A DNA stretch of 64,000 nt from Candidatus Kaiserbacteria bacterium (GTDB taxonomy: Bacteria > Patescibacteriota > Minisyncoccia > Phycocordibacterales > Phycocordibacteraceae). The stretch's first letter is position 1. Each line of letters starts with the position of its first letter. The DNA lies in assembly GCA_029288835.1 (NCBI GenBank), contig JARIGN010000032.1, forward strand, positions 15,090 through 79,089, read 5' to 3'. Shown piece after piece: positions 38,508 through 48,198 of this stretch. The position numbers and the translations under genes were made by a program. The notes under the pieces are model-generated. The model made no database searches. It was not told the origin of the DNA and worked only from the letters and a program-made list of their open reading frames with translations.

Positions 38508-38996
38508 ATGTTGAGAATGGAATTGTCGAGATTCGACAAAGGAGAAAAGACAATGTATGCAAGTTGGAAACTCAATACCTATTTGCTGATTCTGCAGCTT
38601 ATCGTCGGCACCTTTGCATATCTCTTTACGTTCGACCTTAGCCTCGCGTTCGGAGTGGTAGTAATGATGACCTGCTATGGCTACGTATCCGCTCTTGTAT
38701 TTCATTGGCTATTTCCTGAAAATTCGTTTAGTGTCGTGTGTATGAGCGTATTGATTCCATTCTTGGGTTGGGCATATGGAGTGTTCTATAGGCACTTCCC
38801 ATTGATTGCTACTACAGAATGCTTGTTTTTAGTCCTATGCCTTTTTGGCAACTCACTTATTATTGCCTCAATTAATAACACCAAAGACGAGCGTTTCTGG
38901 AAGATAGTATTGGCGTCACTACCACTTGGAATAGGATTTTTGCTGGGTGGCCTGATGCTTTTGCCTCGGCTCCGCGCGAGATCGGCTACGATCTAG
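38508..38996 (+). CDS. Polytopic membrane protein, hypothetical (inserted between tuf and rpsJ)
   Basis: 162 aa with 4-5 TM helices and an AGAGG SD upstream. Confidence 0.45.
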   Translation: MLRMELSRFDKGEKTMYASWKLNTYLLILQLIVGTFAYLFTFDLSLAFGVVVMMTCYGYVSALVFHWLFPENSFSVVCMSVLIPFLGWAYGVFYRHFPLIATTECLFLVLCLFGNSLIIASINNTKDERFWKIVLASLPLGIGFLLGGLMLLPRLRARSATI

Positions 38997-39003
38997 GCTT
39001 ACA

Positions 39004-39036
39004 GGGCGCGTCCGCAAGGGCGCGCCTATTTCTTTA
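39004..39036 (+). terminator. Intrinsic terminator
   Basis: GGCGCGtccgcaagggCGCGCCtatttcttt. Confidence 0.6.
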
Positions 39037-39086
39037 AATAAGCTTGCATTTTAAAAGGGTTTAGTGCATACTCACCAGTACGTTCT

Positions 39087-39455
39087 ATGGCAGAAACCAC
39101 TACAAAAAAAGCACCGGCAAAGAAGGCAGCTTCTAAGGAAGCGGCTGCTGAGCCAAAGCTACGCATTCGCGTGCGCGCATATGAGCATAAGATCCTCGAT
39201 CTCTCCGTAAAGCAGATCATGGATACAGCAAATCGCTTTGATGCAAAGATTGTTGGCCCGGTACCGCTTCCTACCGAAATCAAGCGCTGGACCGTGAACC
39301 GCTCCACCTTCATCGACAAGGACTCACGCGAGCAGTTCGAAATGCGCATCCACAAGCGCCTCATCGACATCATGAGCCCATCCGGCAAGGTTATCGAAGC
39401 TCTCACGAACCTCAACCTTCCTTCTGGCGTCACGATCGACGTGAAGATGGTCTAA
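39087..39455 (+). CDS. rpsJ: 30S ribosomal protein S10 with N-terminal Lys/Ala-rich extension
   Basis: The core KLRIRVRAYEHKILD ... GPVPLPT ... RSTFIDKDSREQFEMRIHKRLIDI matches S10, preceded by a 25-aa AKK-rich extension. Confidence 0.9.
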   Translation: MAETTTKKAPAKKAASKEAAAEPKLRIRVRAYEHKILDLSVKQIMDTANRFDAKIVGPVPLPTEIKRWTVNRSTFIDKDSREQFEMRIHKRLIDIMSPSGKVIEALTNLNLPSGVTIDVKMV

Positions 39456-39482
39456 GAAGATTCAAAATTAAGAAACAAAAAC

Positions 39483-39512
39483 CGCCCGAGAGGGTGTTTT
39501 TTGTTTTCTTGA
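39483..39512 (+). terminator. Intrinsic terminator after rpsJ
   Basis: CGCCCgagaGGGTGttttttgttttc. Confidence 0.6.
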
Positions 39513-39545
39513 CATATATTCACAATACCGTATTATGCGAACACT

Positions 39546-39911
39546 ATGAAAAGCGCACCAAAAACGTTTATCGCCACAGGATTCGTTCTAGGAATACTCG
39601 TCCTAGGTACTTCTCCTGTGCATGCGCAAGTCGCTACTCAGGACCAGCTTTCTGGCTCTGACGCGTCCTTATCTTCCGCCCAGGTCACGAGTATGGCCTC
39701 AAGTCTTCAGCCAATTATTGCCCAGATTCAGTCTTCTCTCACCGCAGATCAGGATGCAGGGATAGATACGAGCTACATTGAGGCTACGCTTTCAGACATT
39801 TCGGACACTATAACAGACGCTACCGCTACCACAGACACCCAGACAGCCTCGGACGATCTTCAGAAAGTTCTCAGTGATCTCACAGCAATTCTCCAAATAG
39901 AAGTTTCCTAA
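39546..39911 (+). CDS. Small secreted acidic S/T-rich protein, hypothetical
   Basis: Signal peptide MKSAPKTFIATGFVLGILVLGTSPVHAQ followed by a low-complexity S/T/D/Q sequence. Confidence 0.45.
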   Translation: MKSAPKTFIATGFVLGILVLGTSPVHAQVATQDQLSGSDASLSSAQVTSMASSLQPIIAQIQSSLTADQDAGIDTSYIEATLSDISDTITDATATTDTQTASDDLQKVLSDLTAILQIEVS

Positions 39912-39966
39912 GCCGTTTCCCCTTCATATTTCTTTATTTTCCTGAAGAGTGTGGGAGACTTGAGGT

Positions 39967-42462
39967 ATGAGTCGTGGTTCTCAGCGGATTATCTTTTCCC
40001 TTTTTGCAGCACTAGTTTTTAGTATCCCCGCACTTCCTGTTCACGCTGCCATGTTCTCGAGCTATATGGGACTAGGCTCAGCAGGGCAGCAGGTCACTAA
40101 CCTTCAGACTATTCTTATCGACGAAGGCTATCTCCACGCAACCGCCACCGGTTATTTTGGTTCGCAAACTCAGAAAGCGCTCGGTGCCTTTCAGGCAGCT
40201 AATGGCCTGAGCGCAACGGGATATGTTGGCCCTCAAACTCTATCGCTCCTAAATCAAAAAAGTCTTGTGATTTTTCCCGCTGGCTCTTCTGCAACTCGGC
40301 CGCCAGCCGCTTCTGCTCCTTCTTCGTCAAATACCACGGGGAACGCCACCTTAATAGCTACCCTTAAGGCAGAACTCGCTCTTTTAGAATCGGAGCTCGC
40401 TCTGCTGCTGAAAGGATCTGCAAGTGGAGTGGTAAGCACTGGAAGTAGTGGGGGAGGCGGCGGAAGTGTTAGCACTACCATAGCACCTGTTGTTTCGAAT
40501 GGGGGTGGAGGTGGTGGAAGTAGTAGTGGTTCATCTTCTGCGCCGGTCACGCCCGCACCAACGCTCACTATTTCCCTTAATCCTGCTACGGTATCAAGTG
40601 GCGGCTCCTCTACGCTCACTTGGTCAACGACGAATGCCTCAGCTTGTACGGGCGTTAGTGGTCTCACTGGATCACAACAAACTTCTGGCTCCCAAACACT
40701 GAGTAACCTTACGCAGGGCGGTACCTACACGCTCACCTGCACCGGGGATGGCGGCTCGGTTACCCAATCCGCAACACTGACGGTTACGGCACCGCCCGCT
40801 CCTCCTTCACCACCCTCTACGTTCCGTACTTTTTCGGTATATAGCGGCTGCGCCGTGCCCTCAACTTCTGCAGGAACAGCTTTTTACGTCGATGCGGTAA
40901 ATGGAAATGACTCAACCGGTGATGGTTCGCAGGCGCATCCTTGGAAAACTCTGCAGACGGTTATAAATACTAAAGTAGCTACTAATCAGTACCGAAACGG
41001 TACGGTTAGTGCTGTGCATACCAGTGGCCCAATTCACCCAGGAGATACTATTTACTTGGAAAATGGAAATTATGGTGATCTTTCTATCCAAGGGTTAGAA
41101 AATTCTGATTTCATTACCATTGCTAGCGCACCGGGCACTTCTCCGGTGCTCACGTACCTGGGTGTAACCGGAGCAAAATGGATTTTTGAAAATCTTACTA
41201 TAGAAAATACCAAGACCTCAGCCTATAACACACTTGTTCTGCTGCAAGACAACGCTACCTTCGGCGGGAACAATAACATCATCTTTGATCGCGACACGGT
41301 GACCTCTGACCCAACCGCCCTTACCACCTGGAGCCTTTCTGATTGGCAGACTAAAGCTTCCTATCGCGGCATATTGCTTGATAAAGGAGACCCAAGCAGC
41401 ACCTCAAACTGTATTGCGGTTACTAATTCTGTAGTTTCAATGGTAGCGAATGCGGTGAATATTGGTATTGATAAGACGCTCTTTGATCACAATACGATCG
41501 ACGGATTTGGTGACGATGGCTTGGATTATGACTCAAATAACGTAACGATTACCCATAACCTCGTCACTGATAGCGAGGACCTTGGCGATGGAAACCATAA
41601 TGATGGCATGCAAGGGCAGGTTGGGCGCATCAGTGGCACTTCAACGACCTATTCAAACATCATTATTGACAATAATTTCGTGGCACGCCAAACGAACCCA
41701 AACCTTCCTGCACTTGGAGGCTATGAAAGCAGCTTCCAGGGTATCGATGCCTTTGATGAGGATTGGAATAATCTAGAAGTAGAAAATAACGTCGTACTCA
41801 CAAACCTTTGGAATGGTCTCGCCTTTAGTAGTGTGCATGGTGGCACCTTTGCCCATAACACGGTCCTCAATGATGGCACTATTGGCGGAAATGATGCTGT
41901 AGGGGGAAACCCAGACAATTATCAAACACGGTTAGTTATCGGTGCAACGACGCACCAGGGTGCAACCACTACCAATGTTACTGTGCAAGACAATATTGCT
42001 GACCAGATGATCGTCAATACCACCGGCATCACTCTTCAGAATAATTTGATTTTGAATTATTTGGATTACATTTCCACTAGCGGAGTTGAGGCTGTGGTAA
42101 ACAATAAAAACGGTAGCTATGGCACTAATAACGTCATGGATTCAGCAATGCATACCTATCTAACAGGCTTCGCGCCGCTTAGCGCAAGCTATACCGTACT
42201 TCCGCGTAGCGGAACACCTGCTGCGGGTCTTGGAGCGTCACTCTCACTTTCTGATGTAGGTGGCACGGGCGCGAACAGCGCAAATGCGTATGCATTTGCG
42301 CGTCCTGGTACCGCATCCACGAAAGTCGGTACTGGTTTGCTAAGCCAGCTTGCGAGTGCTGCTGGTAGTGGTGTGTCGGTCGGCTTCATTAATTTCTTTA
42401 GTCACCTCTGGGTAGCTATTCTTACCTTCTTCGCCTCACTATTCTCCTGGGTTAGGTTGTAG
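39967..42462 (+). CDS. Secreted surface protein: peptidoglycan-binding domain + Gly/Ser linker + right-handed parallel beta-helix (pectin-lyase-fold) domain + C-terminal TM anchor
   Basis: A signal peptide. The PG_binding_1-like repeats LQTILIDEGYL ... GYFGSQTQKALGAFQAANGL ... GYVGPQTLSLL are present. NxxDxxGDDG and THN repeats (NNIIFDRDTVTS, NTIDGFGDDGLDYDSNNVTITHNLV) are typical of beta-helix proteins. A C-terminal hydrophobic helix is present. Confidence 0.6.
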   Translation: MSRGSQRIIFSLFAALVFSIPALPVHAAMFSSYMGLGSAGQQVTNLQTILIDEGYLHATATGYFGSQTQKALGAFQAANGLSATGYVGPQTLSLLNQKSLVIFPAGSSATRPPAASAPSSSNTTGNATLIATLKAELALLESELALLLKGSASGVVSTGSSGGGGGSVSTTIAPVVSNGGGGGGSSSGSSSAPVTPAPTLTISLNPATVSSGGSSTLTWSTTNASACTGVSGLTGSQQTSGSQTLSNLTQGGTYTLTCTGDGGSVTQSATLTVTAPPAPPSPPSTFRTFSVYSGCAVPSTSAGTAFYVDAVNGNDSTGDGSQAHPWKTLQTVINTKVATNQYRNGTVSAVHTSGPIHPGDTIYLENGNYGDLSIQGLENSDFITIASAPGTSPVLTYLGVTGAKWIFENLTIENTKTSAYNTLVLLQDNATFGGNNNIIFDRDTVTSDPTALTTWSLSDWQTKASYRGILLDKGDPSSTSNCIAVTNSVVSMVANAVNIGIDKTLFDHNTIDGFGDDGLDYDSNNVTITHNLVTDSEDLGDGNHNDGMQGQVGRISGTSTTYSNIIIDNNFVARQTNPNLPALGGYESSFQGIDAFDEDWNNLEVENNVVLTNLWNGLAFSSVHGGTFAHNTVLNDGTIGGNDAVGGNPDNYQTRLVIGATTHQGATTTNVTVQDNIADQMIVNTTGITLQNNLILNYLDYISTSGVEAVVNNKNGSYGTNNVMDSAMHTYLTGFAPLSASYTVLPRSGTPAAGLGASLSLSDVGGTGANSANAYAFARPGTASTKVGTGLLSQLASAAGSGVSVGFINFFSHLWVAILTFFASLFSWVRL

Positions 42463-43299
42463 AGCACGAATCTGCCGGCTAAAGTCACGTGGCGAAGTGG
42501 TAGCAAGCTGAAGAATCTCTGCTTTGTAGGGTTCAAGCGCTGCCGCTGCTTGCGTTTGTGCCACGGAATTATTTTTTTCAGAGATAAATCCTTGCTTCAT
42601 AAGGTATTTGTCAGAATAGCCGGTGAGATACCAGGACGGATCCCAAGGAAGCGTGTGCGGATAATGAGCATTAATGTTTTCAGCAAGTAAATTAGTGCAG
42701 TTAGCGGTTAGCGTATTGTAGAAGCGCGGTGAAGCTGCAAGCGTATTTGTTTCTTCAAGCATACTTATAAAAACATCTTTTTGCTGTTGGGGCGAAAGCG
42801 AAAGTTTAAAAAGATATACTGGGTGATCAAGATAGAGGAGACGACGGGTAATAAAATCGCGCTCGGTGCCCCATTGATAGGAAAGTTCATAGGAATTAAA
42901 GAGGCCCTGTACTGCAGAATACTGCTGCTCCCTAGTCATGCGGGCCTCGATGGAGAAGGAAAGTACTGTGCCGTCCTTAAACTCAAAAGAGAGAAACGTG
43001 TGACCGATAGCATTCCATGAAGCAAAAGGCTCAAGCAAAAACCATACGCTGGTGAGATCAGAGACGTTTTCTCGTGTAGAGGTCCAGTCTTTGGAAAGAA
43101 CCGTGGAGCTTCCATAGGTCCAGTCGCGAACGTTTGAAATGCTAACCGTACCGTCGGACGCAATAGTGGTGGTAGAGACGCGATCCTGATAGTCATTCCA
43201 GTCGAGGTTTGCCTGAGGCTTTTTGGTGTAAATAAGGAAAAGAGTAATGATGAGCACTATTGCAACGAGGCCGAGGGAGAGGGAGAGAAGTTTTCGCAT
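42439..43299 (-). CDS. N-terminally anchored extracytoplasmic protein, hypothetical
   Basis: 286 aa from MRKLLSLSLGLVAIVLIITLFLIYT, a signal anchor. It is convergent with the beta-helix gene and overlaps it by 24 nt. Confidence 0.45.
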   Translation of the reverse strand: MRKLLSLSLGLVAIVLIITLFLIYTKKPQANLDWNDYQDRVSTTTIASDGTVSISNVRDWTYGSSTVLSKDWTSTRENVSDLTSVWFLLEPFASWNAIGHTFLSFEFKDGTVLSFSIEARMTREQQYSAVQGLFNSYELSYQWGTERDFITRRLLYLDHPVYLFKLSLSPQQQKDVFISMLEETNTLAASPRFYNTLTANCTNLLAENINAHYPHTLPWDPSWYLTGYSDKYLMKQGFISEKNNSVAQTQAAAALEPYKAEILQLATTSPRDFSRQIRALQPNPGE

Positions 43300-43338
43300 C
43301 TGTATATTGTAGCCGATAGGGAGGGTTTTGCTGCAGAT

Positions 43339-43367
43339 TTGCATACAGAAAGCATATGGTGTACAGT
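43339..43367 (+). promoter_or_regulatory. Candidate promoter TTGCAT-N17-TACAGT for the rplC sub-operon
   Basis: TTGCATacagaaagcatatggtgTACAGT, about 90 nt upstream of rplC. Confidence 0.4.
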
Positions 43368-43410
43368 GCATCCAACGCTACGTACGACTGACGGTCGGAC
43401 CAATGGTAGG

Positions 43411-43446
43411 AATCTCCCGGAGATTGCGCCATTGAGCGCATTTTTT
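43411..43446 (+). promoter_or_regulatory. Candidate ribosomal-protein leader/attenuator: two hairpins, the second a terminator ending 12 nt before the rplC ATG
   Basis: AATCTCccggAGATT, then UGCGCcauugaGCGCA followed by TTTTTT. There is no room for a promoter between this terminator and rplC, so rplC transcripts must read through it. Confidence 0.45.
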
Positions 43447-43457
43447 CTTACCTATTT

Positions 43458-44096
43458 ATGAAATTCATCCTTGCCCGCAAAGGCCGCATGACCCAGATCT
43501 TCCAGGAGGATGGTCGTGTTCAGGCTGGAACCGTCCTCACGGCGGGTCCGGTTGTCGTAACCCAGGTAAAAACCCCGGAAACGGATGGCTATGCTGCGGT
43601 GCAGGTTGGTTTCAATCCCCAGAAGGCTGAGCGCGTAAATAAGGCTCAGCGTGCCGATAAAGGCTTTATGGTACTTAAGGAGTTTCGCGCAGAGGACCCA
43701 AGCGAGCTTGGTGATCTTTCCGTAGGAAGCCAGATCACCCTCGACACATTTGAGGTGGGTGATGGCGTGAATGTGGTTGGCACCAGCAAGGGTCGTGGCT
43801 TTGCAGGTGTCGTTAAGCGCCATGGTTTCCATGGTGGACGCCGCACGCACGGTCAGAAGCACTCAGAGCGCGAGCCAGGTTCTATCGGTGGTGGTGGACG
43901 CGCAGGTGGCCGTGTTGCGAAAGGTCTTCGCATGGGTGGCCGCATGGGTGGCGACCGAATCACCGTGAAGAACCTCAAGGTCCTTCACATTGATGCAGGC
44001 CGCGGTGAGATCATCGTTTCGGGCGCTATTCCTGGAGCACCAAACTCGCTCGTGGAGATCGTTTCAATGCCGAAGGCTCCTAATTCTAAGAAATAA
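43458..44096 (+). CDS. rplC: 50S ribosomal protein L3
   Basis: GRMTQIF ... VTQVKT ... conserved L3 core, with the GGG-rich C-terminal region common in L3. Confidence 0.9.
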   Translation: MKFILARKGRMTQIFQEDGRVQAGTVLTAGPVVVTQVKTPETDGYAAVQVGFNPQKAERVNKAQRADKGFMVLKEFRAEDPSELGDLSVGSQITLDTFEVGDGVNVVGTSKGRGFAGVVKRHGFHGGRRTHGQKHSEREPGSIGGGGRAGGRVAKGLRMGGRMGGDRITVKNLKVLHIDAGRGEIIVSGAIPGAPNSLVEIVSMPKAPNSKK

Positions 44097-44098
44097 GT

Positions 44099-44884
44099 AT
44101 GGCTACCTCACCTAAAACAACCGCAGCAAAGAAGGCTCCTGCAAAGGCAACGGCAAAGCGTGCGCCGGTAAAGAAGGCTCCTGTAACTGATTCAGCAGCT
44201 ATCTCACTTGAGGCAAAGATCTGGAGCGCAACCGGAGGCGAGGCAGGCACTATCACGCTCCCTGCAGAGCTCTTTGGTATGCCTTGGAATGCAGACCTCG
44301 TACACCAGGTCTATACTGGCATGCGCGCAAACGCTCGCCCAACCGTCGCAAACACTAAGTTCCGCGGTGAAGTATCCGGCGGTGGAAAGAAGCCTTGGAA
44401 GCAGAAGGGAACTGGCCGTGCTCGTCATGGTTCAACCCGCTCTCCAATCTGGCGCCATGGTGGTATCACCCATGGTCCTCGTGCAGAGCGTGACTATTCC
44501 GTAAAGATCAACAAGAAGATGCGTGTTGCGGCTCTCGTCTCGGTACTTTCAAAGAAGATGCGCGATGGCGAGGTGATCTTCGTCGACAAGCTTTCTTTCG
44601 CAGAGCCAAAGACCCGTGAGGCAAAAGCAACGCTCGTAGCGCTCGCAAACGCAGCAGGCGCTCCAAGCCTTGCAACCAAGCGCGCAAACGCAGCGGTGGT
44701 GGCGTTCTCCCAGAAGGACACGGTAGCAGAGAAATCATTCCGTAACATCGGCAGCGTTATTTCTGAAGAGGTGCGCAACCTTAACACCGTGGACCTTCTC
44801 GATAAGAAGTTCCTCGTGATTGAGAATCCTGCAGCAGCGGTCGAGGTGCTTAAGAGCCGTCTTAACAAAGGCGCAGCCGCATAA
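44099..44884 (+). CDS. rplD: 50S ribosomal protein L4 with Lys/Ala-rich N-terminal extension
   Basis: Core GGGKKPWKQKGTGRARHGS ... GGITHGP, preceded by a 35-aa extension rich in KKAPAKATAKRAPVKK. Confidence 0.9.
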   Translation: MATSPKTTAAKKAPAKATAKRAPVKKAPVTDSAAISLEAKIWSATGGEAGTITLPAELFGMPWNADLVHQVYTGMRANARPTVANTKFRGEVSGGGKKPWKQKGTGRARHGSTRSPIWRHGGITHGPRAERDYSVKINKKMRVAALVSVLSKKMRDGEVIFVDKLSFAEPKTREAKATLVALANAAGAPSLATKRANAAVVAFSQKDTVAEKSFRNIGSVISEEVRNLNTVDLLDKKFLVIENPAAAVEVLKSRLNKGAAA

Positions 44885-44895
44885 CCAAAACGCAT

Positions 44896-45273
44896 ATGGC
44901 ACTTTTTTCTAACGACAAACCAAAAGCAGCAGTAAAGTCTTCAACAAAGTCAGCTTCAAGCAAGAAGCCTGCAGCCAAGAAGCGCGTAGACGGTCGCGAG
45001 CACCTTATCATCAAGGCGCCATGGCTTTCTGAGAAAGCGCTCATCGGCACTGAGAACGGCGTGTATGTCTTTGAAGTTCCTGCACGCGCTACCAAGCCCG
45101 AGATCGCAGAAGCTATCGAAGCTATCTATAAGGTAACGCCTCGCCAGGTGCGCGTCGTAAACCTTCCGGCAAAGCGCAAGGCGCTTCGCACCCGCCGCGG
45201 CTTCGGTACCCGTGCTGCTCGCCACAAGGCCTATGTATACCTTAAGAAAGGCGAGACCATCCAGTTTGCATAG
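44896..45273 (+). CDS. rplW: 50S ribosomal protein L23 with N-terminal extension
   Basis: LIIKAPWLSEKA ... YVFEV ... KPEIAEAIEAIYKV ... KAYVYLKKGETI. Confidence 0.9.
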   Translation: MALFSNDKPKAAVKSSTKSASSKKPAAKKRVDGREHLIIKAPWLSEKALIGTENGVYVFEVPARATKPEIAEAIEAIYKVTPRQVRVVNLPAKRKALRTRRGFGTRAARHKAYVYLKKGETIQFA

Positions 45274-45297
45274 TGCAAGCCTGCTAATTACAAACGT

Positions 45298-46140
45298 ATG
45301 AAAACCTACAAACCAACTTCAAAAAGCCGACGACAGATGACCACCGTGACGTATCGCGGCGTGCTTTCTGGCGACAAGCCAATGAAGAGCCTCCTTCGTA
45401 CCAAGAAGAACCAGGCTGGCCGCAACAACCAGGGTCGCATCACGACGCGTCACCAGGGAGGTGGCCACAAGAAGCGCCTTCGCGATGTTGATTTCGCATA
45501 CAACAAGAAGAACATTCCTGCGAAAGTGGAGACCATCGAGTATGATCCATACCGCACCGGTTTCATCGCGCGCGTGGTGTACGCTGATGGTGAGCGCCGC
45601 TATGTGCTCGCTACGAAGGAAATGAAGGTTGGTGATACGTTCATCGTCGGTGAAGATGCTCCAATTAAGACCGGCAACCGCATGCCGCTCGGCAAGATTC
45701 CTTCCGGAACCTTTATCTACAACATTGAGCTTAAGCTCGGTGCAGGTGCTCGCCTTGCGCGCTCTGCGGGAAACTATGCAGAAGTGGTCGCGCATGACGC
45801 TGGCTACGCGCAGATCAAGCTTCCTTCAAGCGAAATCCGCCGTGTCTCAGAGCTCTGCTACGCCTCTATTGGTGCGGTGAGCAACGAAGAGCAGCGCCTC
45901 GTAAACTATGGAAAGGCAGGTCGCTCACGCTGGAAGGGTATTCGCCCAACCGTGCGTGGTACCGCTATGAACCCGGTTGATCACCCACACGGCGGTGGTG
46001 AGGGTCGCCAGGGCAGAGGGCTGCGCCGTGCTAAGAGCATGTGGGGCAAGCCAACCGGCAAGGGCCAGAAGACACGCACGCCGAAGAAGTACTCGAATGT
46101 GTTCATCGTTTCTCGAAGGAAGGTGGGCAAGAAGCGCTAG
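45298..46140 (+). CDS. rplB: 50S ribosomal protein L2
   Basis: GRNNQGRITTRHQGGGHKKRLR ... RSAG ... MNPVDHPHGGGEGR. Confidence 0.95.
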   Translation: MKTYKPTSKSRRQMTTVTYRGVLSGDKPMKSLLRTKKNQAGRNNQGRITTRHQGGGHKKRLRDVDFAYNKKNIPAKVETIEYDPYRTGFIARVVYADGERRYVLATKEMKVGDTFIVGEDAPIKTGNRMPLGKIPSGTFIYNIELKLGAGARLARSAGNYAEVVAHDAGYAQIKLPSSEIRRVSELCYASIGAVSNEEQRLVNYGKAGRSRWKGIRPTVRGTAMNPVDHPHGGGEGRQGRGLRRAKSMWGKPTGKGQKTRTPKKYSNVFIVSRRKVGKKR

Positions 46141-46181
46141 TCAGAAAAGCAAACAAGTTGCGCAAGAAAGCAAAAAGAAAG

Positions 46182-46208
46182 AGCCTGGTCTCATACTGAG
46201 ACCAGGCT
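46182..46208 (-). terminator. Hairpin terminator for the patatin-like gene (stop codon in loop); no T-run on plus strand after rplB
   Basis: AGCCTGGTCTCatactGAGACCAGGCT with A-run upstream on the plus strand (T-run on the minus strand). Confidence 0.55.
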
Positions 46209-47135
46209 CGCGGCTTGCGCCAACTCCCCTTCAAGGTGCTCCTCCGCTTCGCGCGCTGCCGCACACAAGACGTCGGGGTTCTGCTCGAATGGATCAAGAG
46301 CGGTTTCCGTGTCGCTCCAGAGTATCGCGTAGTTGCAGGGATGAGTCTCCCGCAGCCACGTGAGCTCCTCGGCAAACGTCTCTTCATATCTCCCAAAAGC
46401 AGCCTGAACCGCTTCCGGGTATTCAGAGGCACGTCTGCGCGCGACCTTGGCTCTCGTTTCAGCTCGTGGCCCGAGCGGCAGCTCAGGTTCAGGCCCGTTC
46501 GGCAGGATCAAGACGTCAGTCGGATCGAACTCCTCTATTACTTTACGTATCGGAAAGGGAAACGCTCCCATGCCGTCGAGGCAGGGCCTGTCGCCAACGC
46601 GAACCGGCGCACCGACGCTTTTCGGGACTGCGATAGAGGCGTGGACGGCCTGGATCATGTCTGGCAAGGCGTCCTTAACATCTATAAACACCCCTTTGCC
46701 CGTGACTGCATCGGTTAGCCCGGCGATTATCCGAGTCCGCGAATTGAGTACCCGCTGCTGATGCAGTGCCTTCAATCCAATCTCGCCGCGTAAGACCGAT
46801 GCAACAAAGCTCGAACTCATGCGCTTCGAGGGATCGATGAAGTGTTCAGTCGTGCAGTCCTCGCAATAGATACTGAGCACCGTTCTCGATTGGTTTGCGA
46901 CAAGATACAACTGAGGCGGCAAGCCGGTAGAGATACCAACTGCGGTGTCGAACACCTGCGAAAGCCCAGCGTCCTCCAGAGCGCACGATTGTGCTGCTCC
47001 ATACACGCCCCCCATCAGTCCTGAAAGACCGAGCAAGAGGGTTCTGAATGATTTGTGTCGGTCATCGCCTGCCCGAAGCAAGCGACCTTTTTCGATTAGG
47101 TGAGGAATGACCTCACCGTGTCTTTCAATGTGCAT
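46191..47135 (-). CDS. Patatin-like phospholipase (PNPLA family)
   Basis: Gly-rich oxyanion region GLSGLMGGVYGAAQSCALE, nucleophile GISTG (GxSxG), and a DGM/DGG-like Asp (LDGMGA). It lies convergent to rplB inside the S10 operon. Confidence 0.65.
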   Translation of the reverse strand: MHIERHGEVIPHLIEKGRLLRAGDDRHKSFRTLLLGLSGLMGGVYGAAQSCALEDAGLSQVFDTAVGISTGLPPQLYLVANQSRTVLSIYCEDCTTEHFIDPSKRMSSSFVASVLRGEIGLKALHQQRVLNSRTRIIAGLTDAVTGKGVFIDVKDALPDMIQAVHASIAVPKSVGAPVRVGDRPCLDGMGAFPFPIRKVIEEFDPTDVLILPNGPEPELPLGPRAETRAKVARRRASEYPEAVQAAFGRYEETFAEELTWLRETHPCNYAILWSDTETALDPFEQNPDVLCAAAREAEEHLEGELAQAASLVSV

Positions 47136-47269
47136 GGGTCACACCTCTTGTGCTGAGCAAAGTCTACACTATTTATGTATCAAGCATAGTAAGCAAATAG
47201 GAAGATTATTTCTTATCCCCACAGATTGATTACAGACGCTCACATCGTGCTTAAATGAATCTATAAATT

Positions 47270-48130
47270 ATGTCTAATTCAAATAGTGCTGACTATAACG
47301 ATTTCGGTCGATGCATGATGACTGCATGGAAAAAGAATATCGTCTACACACTTGCGATAGTAATCTTGCCGATCTTAGGTATAACTCTAGCCTATAATTT
47401 GTTGGCAGTGTTTTTCTACTCGGATTATTTAATTATCTTCCGAGACATGTTCCTCTTCTGGAGTCTCTTATTTTATATATTTTTCTTACATGCTTGGTAC
47501 CGGCACGTTCAAACTATTGCAGAAAACCTCCTATACACACAAATAGCTTCTGAGATCTCTTATTCATATAAAGAATATGACGGCATTCAAGGTAACAGCC
47601 AGTTATATAGTATGGGGACGCCAAATTATCTCATGAATGTGCTTTACGCTACTCATAAGGATGTACCTGTACGTATTGGAAATTTTTCATACTCTGGCGG
47701 AGGAAGATATTCACTCCCCAATTTTACACGCTACATTTTTGCTGATATGGAGGTTAATGCATCGTTCCCGCATATCGTGTGCATACCTCGGAAATGGACT
47801 AGCATAGGATCTTCGATCATATGGAACCCTATCGGAAATAAAGAATTGCATCTGGAGGGAGATTTTAACTCAAAATTTTTTGTGTCTGCACCAGAAGGGA
47901 AAGAAATTGAAAGTCTGCAAGTCCTGGAGCCAAACGTTATGGAAAGCCTCATGGTTGGGTTTGAAGAGTATGGATTCGAGATACATGGGAAATATGTGTT
48001 CTTGTTCACGCATGGCGTAATGAGTAAGAACCCAAATGGAATAATTAGGCTCCATGAATTTATCGAACGATTTTGCGATCTCATGCTTCCTGAACTGCAG
48101 AAGTTTTCCACAGACTTCAGGAAGATTTGA
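47270..48130 (+). CDS. Low-GC 2-TM membrane protein with approximately 200-aa C-terminal soluble domain, hypothetical
   Basis: Two N-terminal TM helices, then a domain with no recognisable motif. GC is clearly lower than neighbours. It is divergent from the patatin-like gene. Confidence 0.45.
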   Translation: MSNSNSADYNDFGRCMMTAWKKNIVYTLAIVILPILGITLAYNLLAVFFYSDYLIIFRDMFLFWSLLFYIFFLHAWYRHVQTIAENLLYTQIASEISYSYKEYDGIQGNSQLYSMGTPNYLMNVLYATHKDVPVRIGNFSYSGGGRYSLPNFTRYIFADMEVNASFPHIVCIPRKWTSIGSSIIWNPIGNKELHLEGDFNSKFFVSAPEGKEIESLQVLEPNVMESLMVGFEEYGFEIHGKYVFLFTHGVMSKNPNGIIRLHEFIERFCDLMLPELQKFSTDFRKI

Positions 48131-48198
48131 TAAAAAACTCATAAATTCTTTAGGTGAATATGCTAGATTTCAGTGATTACCACTAGTACTTTCACACC

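Noticed and set aside
43405-43447. Interpreting the hairpin + T6 before rplC as a simple terminator of the upstream genes
   Set aside because: It ends 12 nt before the rplC ATG, leaving no room for a promoter. An attenuator or leader role explains the geometry better, so it is reported as regulatory instead.
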